Shown here in pieces: positions 1 to 9,579 of a DNA stretch of 64,000 nt (positions are counted from its first letter, which is position 1; each line of letters opens with the position of its first letter). Under the pieces are notes generated by a model that saw only the letters and a list, made by a program, of their open reading frames with translations, did not search any database and was not told the origin of the DNA. Source of the DNA: Protoeuglena noctilucae (lineage: Eukaryota); assembly GCA_958009085.1 (NCBI GenBank), contig OY253682.1:496001-560000 (forward strand). Direction: 5' to 3'. The position numbers were made by a program, and so were the translations under genes.

Positions 1-1389
1 GGCAGTCGTGGGAGGAGACTGCGTTCGAGCTCGAGAAGCTGCAGTGCGCGGGTGAGGGCGCGGCTGCATCGGTGCGAGGGCTCGTTACGGTGCGGGGGCG
101 TTAGCGGGTTGCGAGCAACCTGGCACATGGGGAGATGGGCATGGGAGCTTGAGAGCGCGACAACCGACTCTTCAGCAAACATAACTTGTCGTTATCCCTC
201 CGCGTCTCGCGATGCCCGCAGAGGAGTGCGTTGAGTCGGAGCGTGCGTGCCAAGAGACGCGTGTTGCCCACACCTGGCGCACGTCCTTCACCCCGGCCTT
301 CACGTCGCCGCAAGTGCTCGAGACCGCGAAGTCGCACCGCGTGGCCGTGATTCGCGAGGAGGGCTCCAACGGGGACCGTGAGATGGCCGCCGTGCTTCGT
401 GCTTCGGGCCTCGAGCCATGGGACGTCCACATGTCCGACCTCCTCTCCGGCAAGGCCACCCTCGATGGCTTCTCCGGCATCGTCTTCGTCGGCGGCTTCT
501 CTTACGCCGACGTCCTCGACTCGGGTGAGGCACAGCGTTGGCACGACGACACGGAGTTGGCACGACACGGTCACCCTGCAGCTGGGGTAGCAGAGTGCAC
601 CGGGGTTGCACCACGCTCGCTGCCGGTTCCGTCGGCGCAGTGCGAACCCCTTTCCTCCTTACACCCTCTTGCAGCAAAGGGCTGGGCAGGCAGCATCCGC
701 CTGAACCCGTCCCTGGCGGCTCAGTTCGAGGCCTTCTACGCCCGCCCCGACACCTTCTCGCTCGGCGTCTGCAACGGCTGCCAGCTCATGGCCCTCCTCG
801 GCTGGGTGCCCGGCCTGGTCGCGGGCGGCCAGCGCCCCGCCGAGGTGCACCAGCCGCGGTTCGTCCACAACCGCAGCGGCCGCTTCGAGTTTCGCTTCAC
901 CCAGGTCTCCATCGACGCGTCCCCCGCCATCCACCTCCGGGGCATGGAGGGCTCCTCCCTTGGCGTCTGGCTGGCGCACGGGGAGGGGCAGGCGCTCTTC
1001 CCCGACCCTGCCGTCCTCGAGACGGTGCGCCGCGACAAGCTGGCCCCCATCCGCTACGTGGACCCGACGGGGAAGCAAACGGAGCAGTACCCCTTCAACC
1101 CCAACGGCAGCCCCGAGGGCATCGCGGCCCTCTGCAGCCCCTGCGGCCGGCACCTGGCCCTCATGCCCCACCCGGAGCGGTGCTTCCTCGGATGGCAGCT
1201 GCCCTACCTCGAGGGTACGGGCTTCTCGGTGCGTGCCGGGTTGGTGTCTCGCGCGCAGTGTCGAGAGATGAGTTTGATATCTTTCGATGCACACGCTCCG
1301 ACCCCCCCTCGCAGGCCAAGGGACCGGGGCCGTGGCTCAAGCTCTTCCAGAACATGCGCTCGTGGCTGAACGAGGTTCGCGCAGAGTAG
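1..1389 (+). CDS. purL: Phosphoribosylformylglycinamidine (FGAM) synthase, C-terminal part (glutaminase domain); 5'-partial, spliced
   Basis: Motifs VAVIREEGSNGDREM, FVGGFSYADVLDS|AKGW, FSLGVCNGCQLM (catalytic Cys) and MPHPER. GT-AG introns 52-221, 525-674 and 1229-1314; stop TAG ends at 1389. Confidence 0.95.
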
Positions 1390-1532
1390 CCGGCGCTTGC
1401 GCCGGCGTTGAATCTAGAGTAAGATGGGCGGTTAAACGGGACAGAACGCGGGCAAGGTGGTGGAAGCCCGTGTTGGGCAGAAACTGGATAGATATATGCA
1501 TCTAAAAGCGGGAAGGTAGTTATCGCAATTTC

Positions 1533-1606
1533 GGGGTTGTGGACTAGTGGCCTATGTTGTCTGCTTTGGGTGCAGAAGGTCCCGGGTTCGAATCCCGGCT
1601 ACCCCC
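1533..1606 (+). tRNA. tRNA-Pro (anticodon TGG)
   Basis: Cloverleaf: acceptor GGGGTTG/CTACCCC (one U-U pair), D-stem GACT/TGTT, anticodon stem TCTGC/GCAGA with loop TTTGGGT (TGG at 1567-1569), T-arm CCGGG-TTCGAAT-CCCGG, discriminator C. No encoded CCA. Confidence 0.95.
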
Positions 1607-1610
1607 TTTT
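1607..1610 (+). terminator. Pol III terminator (T4) of tRNA-Pro, with further T-runs to ~1668
   Basis: TTTT directly after the discriminator base, followed by a T-rich tract. Confidence 0.7.
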
Positions 1611-1674
1611 GTGTTTCTTCGGGATTTGCCGTTTTGATGACGGAAAGTTGTTTCTTTTGTTTTCTTTTATGCGC

Positions 1675-1691
1675 GGGGTGCAAGAACCCGG
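1675..1691 (+). mobile_element. Left stub of an old retroelement 3'-module relic (element C)
   Basis: GGGGTGCAAGAACCCGG is identical to 9385-9401 in the LINE 3' module. Similarity resumes at 10360-10462 once the younger insertions are removed. Confidence 0.7.
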
Positions 1692-1694
1692 CGT

Positions 1695-1789
1695 GGGGGG
1701 ACTCGGACGCGCGATGGCGCGATCCGCCGGCCGCCTCCTCGTGGCGCCCTCTGGACACCGCGCCTTTATGGCCGGTGACGAAGAGCCGG
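1695..1789 (+). ncRNA. HDV-like (double-pseudoknot) self-cleaving ribozyme
   Basis: P1 GGGGGG(1695-1700)/CCCTCT(1747-1752) with G1-U wobble. J1/2 hairpin 1704-1726. P2 CCGGCC(1727-1732)/G[A]GCCGG(1783-1789). P3 GCC/GGC with L3 TCCTCGT. P1.1 CC(1737-1738)/GG(1753-1754). P4 CACCG..CGGTG. J4/2 CGAA with catalytic C1779. Confidence 0.85.
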
Positions 1790-2480
1790 TTCACAAAAAA
1801 TGGCGCGGTGGCGCGCAGTGCGGTGGTTCGGCGGTGGTTTGGCCAAGGTGGAGGCTGGCGAGTTGGCGAGGGGGTGCGGTTGGGTGTTTTGCGTGCATTC
1901 GCGACGGCTGAGGCGGTCGCATATCCCCTGGCAGGCGCCAGGCGGCAGCACGACGCGCTCGAGTTCTGCTGGTCGGGACAAGCCGCGCCCCCGAGTCTAG
2001 GGGGGCTTTCGGGGCGCTGCGCGCTGTGTGCGTGCAGAGGGACGGCAGGCTTTCGTGACGGGGACGCAGAGCGACCGGCGGGACGCGGGGACCGCGCCGG
2101 TGGGACCAGGGTGGGGTCCATTGTTAGCATGGGGCGAAAGTGCTCTGCGCCGCGGCATGGGGGCTTGTCTCTGCTTCGTTGCTTCGATGTTGTAATAGTA
2201 CCCAGGGGCCCGCTCGCGTGGCATCCTGCGGTTGCTCGTCCCGGCAGGGGCGGCGGTTCGGCGAAGGGGCTAGGGGCGCTGGAGCCCGGGGCGGCGGCCC
2301 CATAGCCTTAGGGTGGGGGGACCTAGCGGGGGCGGGCCAAGTGCCATATGCACTGCGATAATGGAACCCCCGGGGTGCGGCAGCTCCGGGGGAAGGCGCC
2401 CCTGTCGCGCGGGCCTAGCTCGTGCGGCGAGGATCCTGATGGACCTCAGCACCCTCAGCTATTGAACTGCACATCATCAT
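1695..2480 (+). mobile_element. Non-autonomous retroelement copy A1 (~786 bp, SINE/SIDE-like): 5' HDV-like ribozyme, LINE-related 3' module, (CAT)3 tail
   Basis: 1701-2480 matches 9580-10359 with ~6 substitutions by eye. Ends in CATCATCAT (2472-2480). Flanked by CGT (1692-1694 / 2481-2483), with identity extending to CGTGGGGGGACTCGG. No credible ORF. Confidence 0.85.
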
Positions 2481-2496
2481 CGTGGGGGGACTCGGG

Positions 2497-5400
2497 GAGC
2501 GGAGGCGTCTGGAGAAGCAACTGGGACGGGCGGAGAGGAGGGCGCAGCGGACGAACGCGACGGAGGACTGGGACCGGATGCTAGACCTGCAGCGCCAGCT
2601 GACGGTGCTGGAGCAGCAGGAGGTCCAGTGGCAGAGCGAGCGGGCGAAGCACTTTCTGCGGGTCTTTGGGGCCGTGCCGAGTCGGCGGATCACGGCCCAT
2701 TTCAAGTGGCGGCGGCGGGCTGAGGGCGTCACGGACGACCTCGCGCGGGACCTGCAGACCAATATGGCCCAGCTCTACGCCCCCGCCGCGCCCCCGGCCT
2801 CCGCGGACGGCCAACATGAGCGGGCGCGCGCCAACTTCCTGCGCAACCCGCGGTCGCCGCTGTCGGAGGAGGCGAGGGCCGCTCTCGAGGCAGACGTGAC
2901 ACGGGCGGAGGCGGCTGAGGCGATACAGGGTCTACGGGGCGACAGCTGCGGTGGCGCGGACGGCATCTCCCCGGCGCTGCTCAAGGCGTGCCAGGGCACC
3001 GGGACCGAGGCGGGCGTCGAGCGGGTGGTCGCCTACTTCGTCAACAAGCTCCTCCGCGGCGAGGGGCACGACGGCCGCCTCGCGAACGCCGCCATCACGC
3101 TCATCCACAAGGGCGGCTCGCGGACGGACTGGCGGCGGTACCGCCCCATCTCCCTACTGTCCGTCCTCTACAAGGCTTCGGCCAAGGTGCTGACGGCGCG
3201 GCTGCTGCGGGTGATGCCGCAGCTCGTGCACGAGGACCAGTTGGGTTTCGTCCCCGGGCGTGACATTGGGACGGCCATCTACTCGCTGCATCTGCTCGAC
3301 GAGCTCATGCGCATCCGGCGGCAGTCTGCGTGGGCGGTGCTGGTGGACTTCGAACAGGCGTACGACACGGCCTTCCGGGGGTGGGCTGCGGACGCGATGG
3401 CGTGGGGAGGGCTCCCGCCGCGTTTTGTCAAGGCGGCGGTGGCGCTGCAGAGCGACAGCCGGGCGAGCCTGGTCCTCAACGGAGCGGCGGGGGAGCCGTT
3501 CCCGCTCAACCGGGGAGTCAAGCAGGGATGCCCCCTGAGCCCGCTCATCTTCGTGCTGGCGGTGGAGCCCCTCGCAGAGAGGCTGCGGGCGTGGGGCCAG
3601 GAGCCGGTGCAGCTGCCGGGCGGCCCGCGGTGCGACCGCGTGCTCGGCATCCGGACGACGGGCGGCAGGGCCGAGACGCTTCTGGCCTTCGCCGACGACT
3701 TCAACGTGCTGCTCCAACGGCTCGTGGGGCGCGACAGGAACCAACTCGACCCGTGGCGGGAGCTGGCCGAGGTGCTGCGGGACTTCCACCGTGTGTCCGG
3801 GCTGAAGGCGAGCCAGACCAAGACGAAGCTCTACCGACTGGGACGCATCAACAAGCGGCAGGAGGCCAAGGCCGCCGCGCAGGGCTGCCCGTGGGGGGTG
3901 GAGCCGGGGGGCGTGCGGCTGCTGGGGGCGCAGACGAGAGAGCAGGCGGCGCTGGTGTGGCCCGGGCGGCTGGGGGAGGCCCTGCGCCGCGCGGACGCGG
4001 CGTCATCGCTGGGACTGCCGATCCGGGGTCGGGCGCGCGTCGCCAACGCCTACATCACCTCGCTCGCGGGGTACCACCTGGAGATGTCCCCCGCCGCCGA
4101 CCACTCGTGCGTCGCTGACCTGCGGAGGGTCCAGGAGCGCTATGTCCTCAACGCACGATCGGCGGGGCAGGTGTGGTTCCGTGTGGGCCGCATCATGCTG
4201 ACCGCCCCGCCGGAGGAGGGGGGGCTGGGCGCCCTCCCGCTGGACGCGCACACGGCGGCGCGGCGGCTCCGGCACCTGGCGCGCGCCCTCATCACGAAGC
4301 GCGTGGGCGCTCACGGCCAGTTGGGCGGTCTCGCTGGCATCCTCACGGCGTGCCTGGAGGGGCTCGGGGCAGGCCGGCTGGGCCTGCTGCCCTTCTCACT
4401 GCCCGAGACGGACGGTTGCCACGTGGCGCAGTTGATCGAGTCCCGCCGCCTGCAGGGCAAGCTGCCGGCGCTCGAGAGCTTCTGCGACGCCATCAAGGGC
4501 CTCGGGTCCCTGCGCGCGACCCTCGGGCCCGCGCACGCGCCGCCACCTCTGGCACCCACGACGGACGAGGTCGCCCGGCAGCGCTGGACCGGCCTGGCGG
4601 CGGAGGGCCGGCTGACGCTCAACTTCGACGGGGGCTCGCGGGGCAACGGCTCCGACACGTCCACGGCTGGCGCGGGGGGCGGTACTGGCGGCCGGGGAAG
4701 GCGAGGGGGTGGAGACGCTGGAGCTCGCGGGCCCCGCCGTGTGCGGGGCCTCCAACAACCAGGCCGAGTTCGCCGCGCTTTTGGGAGGGCTACGCGCGGC
4801 AGTCGAGCTCGGCGCCACCAAGCTCCGCGTCCGGGGGGACTCCCTCCTCGTCATCCGCGCCATGGACCCGCGGGACTGCTCGGTGCTGCGGCACCCGGCG
4901 CTGGTGCCGCTGTGGACCGAGGCGCAGAGGCTCGCGGCGGGCCTCGACATCACTTGGGAGCACGTGCCACGGGAGCAGAACGCCCTGGCGGACCGCCTGT
5001 CCAACGTGGCCATGGACGGGCATGGCTGGCGGGGGGCGCGCGTGGGCGGCGGGGGCCTGGCGGGCACGGACGGCTCGCGTTTCGCCTCTTCTACGGACTT
5101 CTTCACCCCCGTCACTGGGACTACAAAGGGGGATCTACTCTGCGCGTCGCTTCTCACCCCGGGGGTCCTCTGTGCCGCCGGCGGGGGGGCTCCGGGCGCG
5201 GGGGTGGCAGGCCTGGGGGCGCCGGCGATGGAGGGGGCAGCTGGCTCTCTCCACAACGACATGGGACAGGACCAAGACGATTCGGCCTCGTCGCTCCACA
5301 GCTTCGCGACGGGCGCCCATGGGAGGGCTGGTGGGGCGTGGGTGCACGACGGCGCGTCGGGCGACGACAATTCGGATGATGGGATCGACGAGGGGGGTGC

Positions 5401-6579
5401 TGGGCGGCCGGCGGGGGGCTGCCGGCCCCTCCTTCTGCACCCGGTGGGGAGGGCGATGGCGTTACGGGGATTCGGAACTGTGGGGCATTATCTCTGCATG
5501 CGGAACCCGGCGCGGCGATGGGAGACGTGGGTCTCCTGGGCGGTCGCGCTGGGCTATGATCGGCTGCCGGGGGTGGATCGGGGGGCCTCGGCTGGGTGGT
5601 TGGGGCTTTTATGCGGGACTTGGGCCTCCTTGGGCCGGGCAACGAGTACGCCCGGCCAGACGTGGAGGGGCAATGGGACCCGTGGGACGGGCTGGCGCTC
5701 ACGGAAGGCTTCATGGAGCGCCTGCGACTCGCCTCCCCGGGCGGCGGGGAGGCCAACGACTTCTACCGGCCCATGACGGCCACCGCGCCGGGCTGGGCAC
5801 TGGACCCCGGCGTCGCCTCCAAGGCGGCGCTGGACCTGGCCTCCTACACGGTGCGGGAGGCGGCGAGGACGACGTGTGACAGGGCGGCGATCCGGCAGCG
5901 GCTGGAGCGCAAGGCGGAGGGCTGGGCGGCGGCGCTGGGGGAGGGACACGGCTTAACGGGAGAGGGATTGAGGCGCACGCTGGTGGCGCTCAACGGGCTG
6001 CCGCTGTCGGACGCCCTGCACGAGCGGCTGTGGCTGACGCTGGCGGACGGGTGGGCTACGCAGGACAGGATGTACTGGGCGGAGCGGGACGAGTGCCCGC
6101 TGCTGACGGAGGAGGGGGAGGCGTGCATGGGAAAGGACAGCGCGGCCCACGCGATCTGGGAGTGCTCGCGCGCACGGGAGGTGTGGCGCGTGGCGAGGGG
6201 CATCGTGGCGTGGGCGGGGGGGGCGCAGGGGGTGCCCCTCCGCCCGTCGGCCCTCTTCCTGCTGCGCGTGCCGGAGGGCGCGCGGTTGGGGCCGCTCACG
6301 TGGGCGGTCGTGGCGGGGGCGACCGTGCAGGTCATCTGGCGCAGGCGGCAGCAGCTGACGAAGGACGCGGGGGCGGACGCGTCCCCGGCACAGCTGTTCG
6401 CGCAGATGACGCGCATCATGGCCGAGGAGCTCGTCGCTCTGGCGGCGTACCAGGGCGGGCGGGCCCTCGCGCGCTGCACGCACCCTGACGACGCCCTCTT
6501 ACACCCAAGGGACCCGGCGAGGTCCACCTTCACCTACACTGCGCCCACATGGGCAGCCGTCGAGCCGCTACTCCCCTGA
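2497..6579 (+). pseudogene. LINE ORF2 remnant: reverse transcriptase, RNase H and CCHC zf-RVT-like domain, with two compensating frameshifts
   Basis: RT motifs YRPISLL, VDFEQAYD, RGVKQGCPLSP, FADD, SGLKASQTKT. RNase H FDGGSRGN..SNNQAE..GDS..HVPREQNALAD at ~4612-5017. Zinc finger ECPL..C..DSAAHAIWEC. Frame shifts at G6 4674-4679 and at ~5569-5585. Confidence 0.85.
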
Positions 6580-6989
6580 GGGGGCCTCTTCATTCGCAGC
6601 ACGCCATCACCCCACGACATTCGGGCCGGGGCGCCGGCGCCGGACGGGTGGCCTTCGGGCTGCTCGTTCCGGCGTCGGCGCCCCGGCCAACTGGGGCGTC
6701 CACGGCCACACTGAGCATCTACGGAAGAGCCCGTCTGCCGGCTAAAACAAGCTCCCCTGCACCCAGGATGATATGGGCTGGAGTACCGCACGGCGGCGCC
6801 ACCGGCGACCCCCTGGGCTGCCTGGCCGGAGCCGGAGCCTGAGAGGGGCCGCAGGCGGGGGGTCCACGCGATGCGCGCGCAGCCGCAGGGGCGTGGGGCG
6901 CGCTGTGGCGGCAAGGGCGGGCGCCTCACGGGGAGGGTGCCGGCGCTCGGCACACCAAGGGCTTCTGCGCACCCACGCTCCATCTTTCG

Positions 6990-7880
6990 CATGCCTCGCA
7001 GGTTCTCGGACGCACACTCGACAGCTTTACCCACACGCCTTCTCCTCACCTGCCCCGCAGCCGGCCATGCCACCCCACCCCAATCCGCATTACTCCCACA
7101 TCCACCCGACCGCATTGCTCCCACCAGGTCCCTATGCCAGCCCACTGCCTTCCTATGACACACTTTCCACCCCCCACATCCCACTGCACACGCACCCTGC
7201 CCCAGCAGCACTCACCCGCATGCCACGCCTCCCCGTCCATGCCCGCAGCTAACAGGTAGATGCCTCTTCCAACCCGACCACACACGCCGTCTAACTATCT
7301 GCACGCACCCTCGTCACTCATCTCCCGATCTCGCCGCTCAGCACCAGTCTTGCCCACTCACCGCGCATCACCACTGACATACACACGTTCACCTCTCAAC
7401 CCCCTCTCCTCTTCCACATGGACCCCCACATAAACCACCTTCCTGCTCAGCACGCATCATCTCCCACCCCCCTCCTGCCAGCCCCACGCCACACCCTTCT
7501 CACGGACCACGCCCCCACACACACCTCACCTCACACGCCCAACCAGACTCGCCCTTTTCGCAAACCCTCCTGCCCCACGCACTCCCCCCCTAGCTGCACA
7601 GGTAAGGCTCAGCACCCTCTCCTCACAGCTAGTGCCCAGGTGAGCACACGCCTCCCTCAGCGCATCACTCCCCACACACCAAGCACCACATACTGATCCA
7701 GCACAGCATCTGCACCCCCTGACCTCCCCCAATCACGCACAGACCTCCTCGCATCCTCCCACGGGCACCCTCTTTGCCAGCCGCAGGTCAGGACCCACAC
7801 CAACACTCATCCTCCGTCACGCACACCGGCACCTCTCCCTGACCGCAGACCTGGACGGACGCGCACACGCACCCTTGCCT
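6990..7880 (+). repeat. C/A-rich, G-poor low-complexity tract in the LINE 3' region
   Basis: Visible depletion of G with many CCAC/CACAC/CCCC words, unlike the G-rich flanks. Confidence 0.7.
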
Positions 7881-8618
7881 CACCCTAGCCCTTTGCAGCC
7901 ATGCATCGCAGGCCCTTGGTGTCCCACAGCCGCCAGCGCTCACCCGGGGGGCGTCTGCTCCGTCGCCGTCGTGGCGCGCCCAGCACACCCACGGTACTGC
8001 GCGTGCCGCGTGGCCTCCCCGCCCGTGGTCCTTCAGGGGCTCTGGCGCTGGTCGGGTGGGTCCGCGTGGGGGTCGCCAACGCGTCGCCTGTGCTCCAGCC
8101 AACGTGAGAGACCAGCCCCGCTGGGGGGGGCTGGCAAAGGGTGCGACGGGGGACAAACGTCGGGGCAGAGCTGGCAGTAACGGGCCGAGAGACTCAGACA
8201 GTGGCGAGAGACGTGGCGCCCGTGGGGCGGAACGCCGGGGATATCGTGGGAACACCCGGCAGTGGCGCAGAACGGACCAGGCGCCACAGGATCAGAGAGC
8301 GGCGTGGCTGCGACGAGGCGGGGAGAGTGGGAGCGCAAGCGGGGCCGGAGGGCCTGTCTTTGGGAGTCTGCTGAGGAGGCCCTGCAGGAGAGCAACGGAC
8401 GGCGTGGGGTGCTGGCGCCCGGCATGGTGGCGCTGGCGGGGGCGACCCCTCGCGCGACACACAGCAGGGCAGCGGGCTTTTGGGGGCGGGCGCGATGGCA
8501 GCGCGGCAAGAGCGAGCGGCGGCGGCGAGAGTAACACAAGGGGCATCGAATGGTGTGGGTGGGCATGGGCTGGGCGACACAGGGGTGTCGGGTGTTTGGG
8601 GGGGCGACGGGGGCGCGA

Positions 8619-8696
8619 GGCAGGCCACGGTTATCAGGGCGCGCGGGTGCGCGTGTGCGGGGGGCAGGCCTCGGTTATCAGGCGCGCGGGTGCGCG
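8619..8696 (+). repeat. Direct duplication of ~34 bp (period ~44 bp)
   Basis: GGCAGGCCACGGTTATCAGGGCGCGCGGGTGCGCG versus GGCAGGCCTCGGTTATCAGGCGCGCGGGTGCGCG. Confidence 0.8.
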
Positions 8697-8706
8697 GAGT
8701 GGGAGG

Positions 8707-8863
8707 TGGGCCAAGGTCGTCAGCGTTAAAGGGCCAGGGTCGCCACAGCGTCGGTTGAAGGTCGTCAGCGCATTTGGCCAAGGTCGTCAGCGTGATGGGC
8801 CAAGGTCGTCAGCGTGATGGGCCTAGGTCGCCAGCGTGACAGGCCAAGGTCATCTGGGCGTGT
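8707..8863 (+). repeat. Minisatellite of ~7 units of ~22 bp (consensus GGGCCAAGGTCGTCAGCGTGAT)
   Basis: Units start at ~8707, 8731, 8753, 8776, 8797, 8819 and 8841; degenerate half-units continue to ~8935. Confidence 0.85.
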
Positions 8864-9579
8864 GGGGGCGAGGAGTTGAGGGACGGGCCAGGGCCGACGG
8901 GCGCGGGAGAGGACGGGCCAAGGGCCAAGGTCGACGTGCGGGAGCGAGGAGCGGGGTAGCGTCGTGGGTCTCTGGGCACACGGCCGAGTGGGTCGTGCCG
9001 GCGCACGCACCCGGAGCGGGGCGGTCTGGGGCGGTCCATATGAGAGGCAGCCGGCCCTCAGGGGCGCAGCGTGGGCGAGCGGGGCGCCCAGGGGCAACGC
9101 TGCGCCCCCCAAGGAACGCCGTCTGCGTTCGGACCGGCCCCACCGCCCTCGCGTCCGGGCCAGCGTGGCCGGGTGGGCGAGCCAGCCGGGCCGCCTGAGG
9201 AGGATGGGAGGAGGGTAGGGAGCGGGGGATGTCATGATTGGCCGCACATAAGCTACACAGATCGTCATTAGCCTCGGCCTCACCTTTTGTAATAGACGCC
9301 CGGGGGTCTCCACGGAGGGCCCCCGCGGCTGCAACGTCCCACTCCGGGACGGCGATTCTGCCTTCGGGCGCAGCGAGGGGGCTAGGGGTGCAAGAACCCG
9401 GGGTGGGCGACCCCTTTGCCTTAGGGTGGGGCGACCTAGCGGGGGCGGGCCACGTGCCATATGCACTGCAACGATGGAAACCCCGGGGTGTCAGCTGCCC
9501 CGGGGGACGGCACTTCTGCCGCAAGGCGTGGCTCTGAGAGTCATAGCACCCCTCGACTGTTGAATCGCTCATCATCATC

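Larger units (their letters stand above)
2496..9579 (+). mobile_element. 5'-truncated non-LTR retrotransposon (L1/Tx1-like LINE, element B) with long 3' region and (CAT)n tail
   Basis: Encodes RT, RNase H and zinc finger. Ends CATCATCATC (9570-9579). Flanked by direct repeat ACTCGG (2490-2495 / 9580-9585), a putative 6-bp TSD. ORF1 and APE endonuclease are absent. Confidence 0.85.

Noticed and set aside
1801..1832. Pol III A/B boxes (tRNA-derived SINE head) in element A
   Set aside because: TGGCGCGGTGG is only A-box-like, there is no proper GTTCRA B box at a suitable spacing, and it lies ~105 nt inside the element.
2482..2496. GTG at 2482 as the ORF2 start codon
   Set aside because: It lies in the duplicated target and A2 stub. 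The ORF begins mid-linker with no endonuclease domain.
7744..7755. Second HDV-like ribozyme at CCTCCTCGC
   Set aside because: No P3 closing strand and no downstream GG, P4 or CGAA elements.
8707..8863. CRISPR array
   Set aside because: Units are contiguous with no unique spacers, the context is eukaryotic, and there are no cas genes.
9470..9550. Hammerhead ribozyme (CTGAGAG / GAAA)
   Set aside because: The motif arrangement and stems do not give a hammerhead core, and the motifs are not conserved in element A.
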